Shown in pieces: positions 61,476 through 64,000 of a stretch of DNA of 64,000 nucleotides. The notes beneath the pieces are model-generated. The model worked only from the letters and a program-made list of their open reading frames with translations, had not been told where the DNA came from and did not search any database. Within the stretch, counting starts at the first letter, position 1. Every line of letters begins with the position of its first letter. The stretch lies in NCBI GenBank assembly GCA_965219955.1, contig OZ244799.1:64001-128000 (forward strand), read 5' to 3'. Source of the stretch: a bacterium (GTDB taxonomy: Bacteria > UBA8248). Position numbers and translations under genes: made by a program.

Positions 61476-61940
61476 GGGCGTTTAGGGAAAACAGCATAGA
61501 GTTGCATTCGTTTGGGGCGGTCCTCTTTGGGGGGTCGCCCCAAACGATCTGCGATTCGTAGGAACAATCCCCCCGTGGTTGTCCCTGCTCGGATTGGGCG
61601 CTATGGGGACAGGCACGGGGGTCTGTCCCTACAGTTCTTGCGATTTTGTTCGTCATTCCGGCGAAAGCCGGAATCCATTTGCGGGTGCGGGTGAATGAAC
61701 TGCGGTGTATCCTTCCCCGCCGATGTGCGGGAACCCTGACGAAAGGCAGGAGGCGTAAAATGGATTCCGGCTTTCGCCGGAATGACGGTGGACATTCTCG
61801 ATTGGGGAGGTCGTCAACCCTTTTAGGGGACTTTTTCAACAGCCCCCTCAAGAGGGGAGTTGATTCCGAATTGACGTCCCATCGGACTTAGGGCCCCATC
61901 CGCAGCAGGGGACAACCCTTCCGGGTAGTCCTGCCCCCGT
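61472..61940. repeat. Repeat mosaic E
   Basis: GTAG REP doublet 61558-61632, CGTC doublet 61652-61786, right TIR 61827-61846 followed by CTCAAGAGGGGAG. Confidence 0.85.
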
Positions 61941-62090
61941 AGTTGTCCGTCATCACTCCCGTCCGCCGGGAGAGGATTCCTCCGGGCGTTCCCGCGATTT
62001 GGCGGCGCTCGCGGGGACATGGTATCGTGGTTGCGCGCGAGGATTTCAAAGACCCATCTGAATTTTCATTCCGAGAGATGGGGACGAGAG

Positions 62091-62369
62091 ATGACGGATT
62101 ACCAGTTCTACATGTTGCTGGCTACGGCCGCCGGTCCCCTCGTGGCGCTCGGCGTCGGCGGCGCGCAATGCCTGCTGATCTTCAGCGGACTCCGGCAGAT
62201 GCGGGCGGCATCGCGCGTGCGGGAGCAGTTGCACGAGGAAATTATGGCGGCTCACACGGAAACCATGGCAGCTCACACAAAAACGATGGCGGCTTTGGAA
62301 AAGCAGCATGCCGAAAACATGACCGTGCTGAAAGAGCTCATCCGCCGTACTGGAAGCAGGATCGAGTAA
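62091..62369 (+). CDS. Small membrane-anchored protein with His/Met heptad repeats
   Basis: N-terminal hydrophobic segment then HEEIMAA-HTETMAA-HTKTMAA; 21-bp DNA tandem units. Confidence 0.6.
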   Translation: MTDYQFYMLLATAAGPLVALGVGGAQCLLIFSGLRQMRAASRVREQLHEEIMAAHTETMAAHTKTMAALEKQHAENMTVLKELIRRTGSRIE

Positions 62370-62420
62370 TTGCTCCGCAAGGGGGAGTGATTTCGAGACG
62401 TATTGCGTCGCCCGCCCTTC

Positions 62421-62539
62421 TCACCCTGCCTTTCCCAGCATCTCTCTCGCGTGTTCTCTGGCCGCATCGGTGATTTCGAGGCCCGTTCCCATGCGGGCGA
62501 TCTCCTCCACGCGCTCATCGTCATCCAAAAGCTCGACGC
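62421..62539 (-). pseudogene. Duplicated 3' end of recN (remnant, or a 50-aa ORF from TTG 62573)
   Basis: Colinear with 63117-63235, 10 mismatches in 119 bp, frame and TGA preserved. Confidence 0.85.
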
Positions 62540-62569
62540 TTGCGAGCGCCTCGCTTTTTCCTGCGGCGA

Positions 62570-63004
62570 TCAAAACAGTTTGATGAGTGTGGCGAGGAAT
62601 GCGACGCCGGCCACGGTCAACCCGCCGAGCCGGACCGTAATCCGGTGTTCGAGGGCCGTTAATTTGGTATCGGTGGCCTGCTCGAGAGCTTTGTTGTCGG
62701 CTTTGGTGGTCTGTTCGAGGGCCTTGATAGCCTGCTCGAGGGCCTTGATATCGGCCTTGGTGGCCTGTTCAAGAGCCTTGATGTCGGCTCTGGTGGCCTG
62801 TTCCAGTTCCTTAAAATCGGCTTTTGTAGCTAGTTCGTGAGCCTTGATAGCCTGTTCGAGTTCCTTGATGTCGGCTTTGGTGGCCAGGTTCTCGCCCATG
62901 GCGCGGCCCATCGTCGCAACGATGGCTTCGGCGTGGGCTTCCTCCAGACCGGCGGCTTTCAGGTCGCGGGCGGCTTTCAGCGTGTCGAACCGGGTGTCGT
63001 TCAT
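62570..63004 (-). CDS. DUF1640/CCDC90-like coiled-coil membrane-anchored protein
   Basis: FDTLKAARDLKAAG..EAHAEAI head, LATKADI neck, 11-aa ATKADIKALEQ repeats, C-terminal TM; GGGAG RBS. Confidence 0.8.
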   Translation of the reverse strand: MNDTRFDTLKAARDLKAAGLEEAHAEAIVATMGRAMGENLATKADIKELEQAIKAHELATKADFKELEQATRADIKALEQATKADIKALEQAIKALEQTTKADNKALEQATDTKLTALEHRITVRLGGLTVAGVAFLATLIKLF

Positions 63005-63116
63005 TTCTGCGTTCTCCCGTAGGTGAACATGGAGTCGCAAGAATCATTCTAGCACATCCGCCCTGCGAGGCGAACGCCCGGTACCGAGGCAGTCTCGCAG
63101 CTTCCGGCGTCCTCTC

Positions 63117-64000
63117 TCACTCCGCCTTTTCGAGCATCTCTCTCGCGTGTTCTCTGGCCGCATCGGTGATTTCGAGTCCCGTTCCCATTCGGGCGATCTC
63201 CTCCACGCGCTCATGATCGTCTAAAAGCTCGACGCGCGTCTGGGTGCGTTCTCCGGCGACGTGTTTTTCCACGCGGAAGTGGCGGTTGCCCAGGCTCGCG
63301 ACCTGAGGCAGGTGGGTGACGACGAGCACCTGGTGGCTCACCGATACGCCTTTCAGCTTTCTGCCCACCACCTCGGCCACCGCTCCGCCGATCCCTGCAT
63401 CGACCTCGTCGAATATCAGGGTGGGTATCAGGTCGGCGCGCCTCAGGACGGATTCGAGAGCCAGCATCAGCCGCGATAGTTCACCGCCCGAGGCGACGCG
63501 GCTCAGCGGCCTCGGCGGCTCGCCGGGGTTGGGCGAGAAGTGAAACTGGGCGCGGTCGACTCCGTCTGCTCGAACGGCCACCGCCTGTCCGTTTACTTTG
63601 ATGAAACCCTCGGGGTCGTCTTGATGCGTGATGAGCGTCTGGAATTTGGCGCCCACGAGGCCCAACTCACACAGGGCCTCTTCCATGCGCGCATCCAGGC
63701 TTTCGGCGGCGCGCGTTCTTTTCTCGGATAACGCGAGGGCGGCTTTCACGAGTTTGGCCCTGATCGCTTCGCGCGCGTCCACGAGGCGCGCCTCGGTTCC
63801 CTCTTCATCCGAGATGGCGGTGAGGCTGTTCCGGCACTCATCGAGAAAGGCCAGGCATTCGGCCTCGTCGCTCCCGTATTTTCTGATCATCTCGCGTATC
63901 AGCGCGCGCCTGGCTTCCAGGGCTTCCAGGCGTTCGGGGTCGTGCTCGATTCCTTCCGCATAGCCGCGAATCGAATCGGCGAGGCTCTCCAGTTGCGCCT
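63117..64000 (-). CDS. recN: DNA repair protein RecN (5' part outside the window)
   Basis: NPGEP.RPL.RVASGGELSR, IFDEVDAGIGG, VTHLPQVA, ERVEEIARM; frame open to the window edge. Confidence 0.96.
   Translation of the reverse strand, partial: AQLESLADSIRGYAEGIEHDPERLEALEARRALIREMIRKYGSDEAECLAFLDECRNSLTAISDEEGTEARLVDAREAIRAKLVKAALALSEKRTRAAESLDARMEEALCELGLVGAKFQTLITHQDDPEGFIKVNGQAVAVRADGVDRAQFHFSPNPGEPPRPLSRVASGGELSRLMLALESVLRRADLIPTLIFDEVDAGIGGAVAEVVGRKLKGVSVSHQVLVVTHLPQVASLGNRHFRVEKHVAGERTQTRVELLDDHERVEEIARMGTGLEITDAAREHAREMLEKAE

Overview
GC-rich bacterial chromosomal window. The left half is mostly housekeeping: metH, tRNA-Leu, tig-clpP-clpX, tRNA-Val, thrS-infC-rpmI-rplT, pheST, zapB/zapA-6S RNA-5-FCL-rny-ymdB, methylmalonyl-CoA mutase large subunit, alaS and mlaEDC. 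The right half is more variable: cold-shock protein, a divergent EF-G paralog, EamA transporters, pyrE, an NCS2 permease, amidase/GerMN, bioA, TPP riboswitch-thiSGE, acs and the 3' part of recN. Gene order suggests a Gram-negative lineage near the deltaproteobacteria, Nitrospinota or Tectomicrobia (inference only). Highlights: (1) a hidden selenoprotein split into two ORFs by an in-frame UGA (U-G-S-C-S-S-C, SECIS-like hairpin, similar to the GrdB/PrdB active-site region), co-oriented with an uncharacterised 346-aa partner, a candidate two-subunit selenoenzyme of unknown substrate; (2) five intergenic repeat mosaics of GTAG/CGTC REP-like hairpins and MITE ends, including a 191-bp MITE with perfect 18-bp TIRs and a 5-bp target duplication inside a REP hairpin; (3) an in-frame duplicate of the recN 3' end, with mostly synonymous changes, bracketing a DUF1640-like repeat gene; (4) a divergent pair of a leishmanolysin-like lipoprotein and a collagen-like gene around a palindromic operator; (5) an unlisted 49-aa tail-anchor-like ORF between rpmI and rplT. 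All family calls come from motifs recognised by eye; no searches were run.
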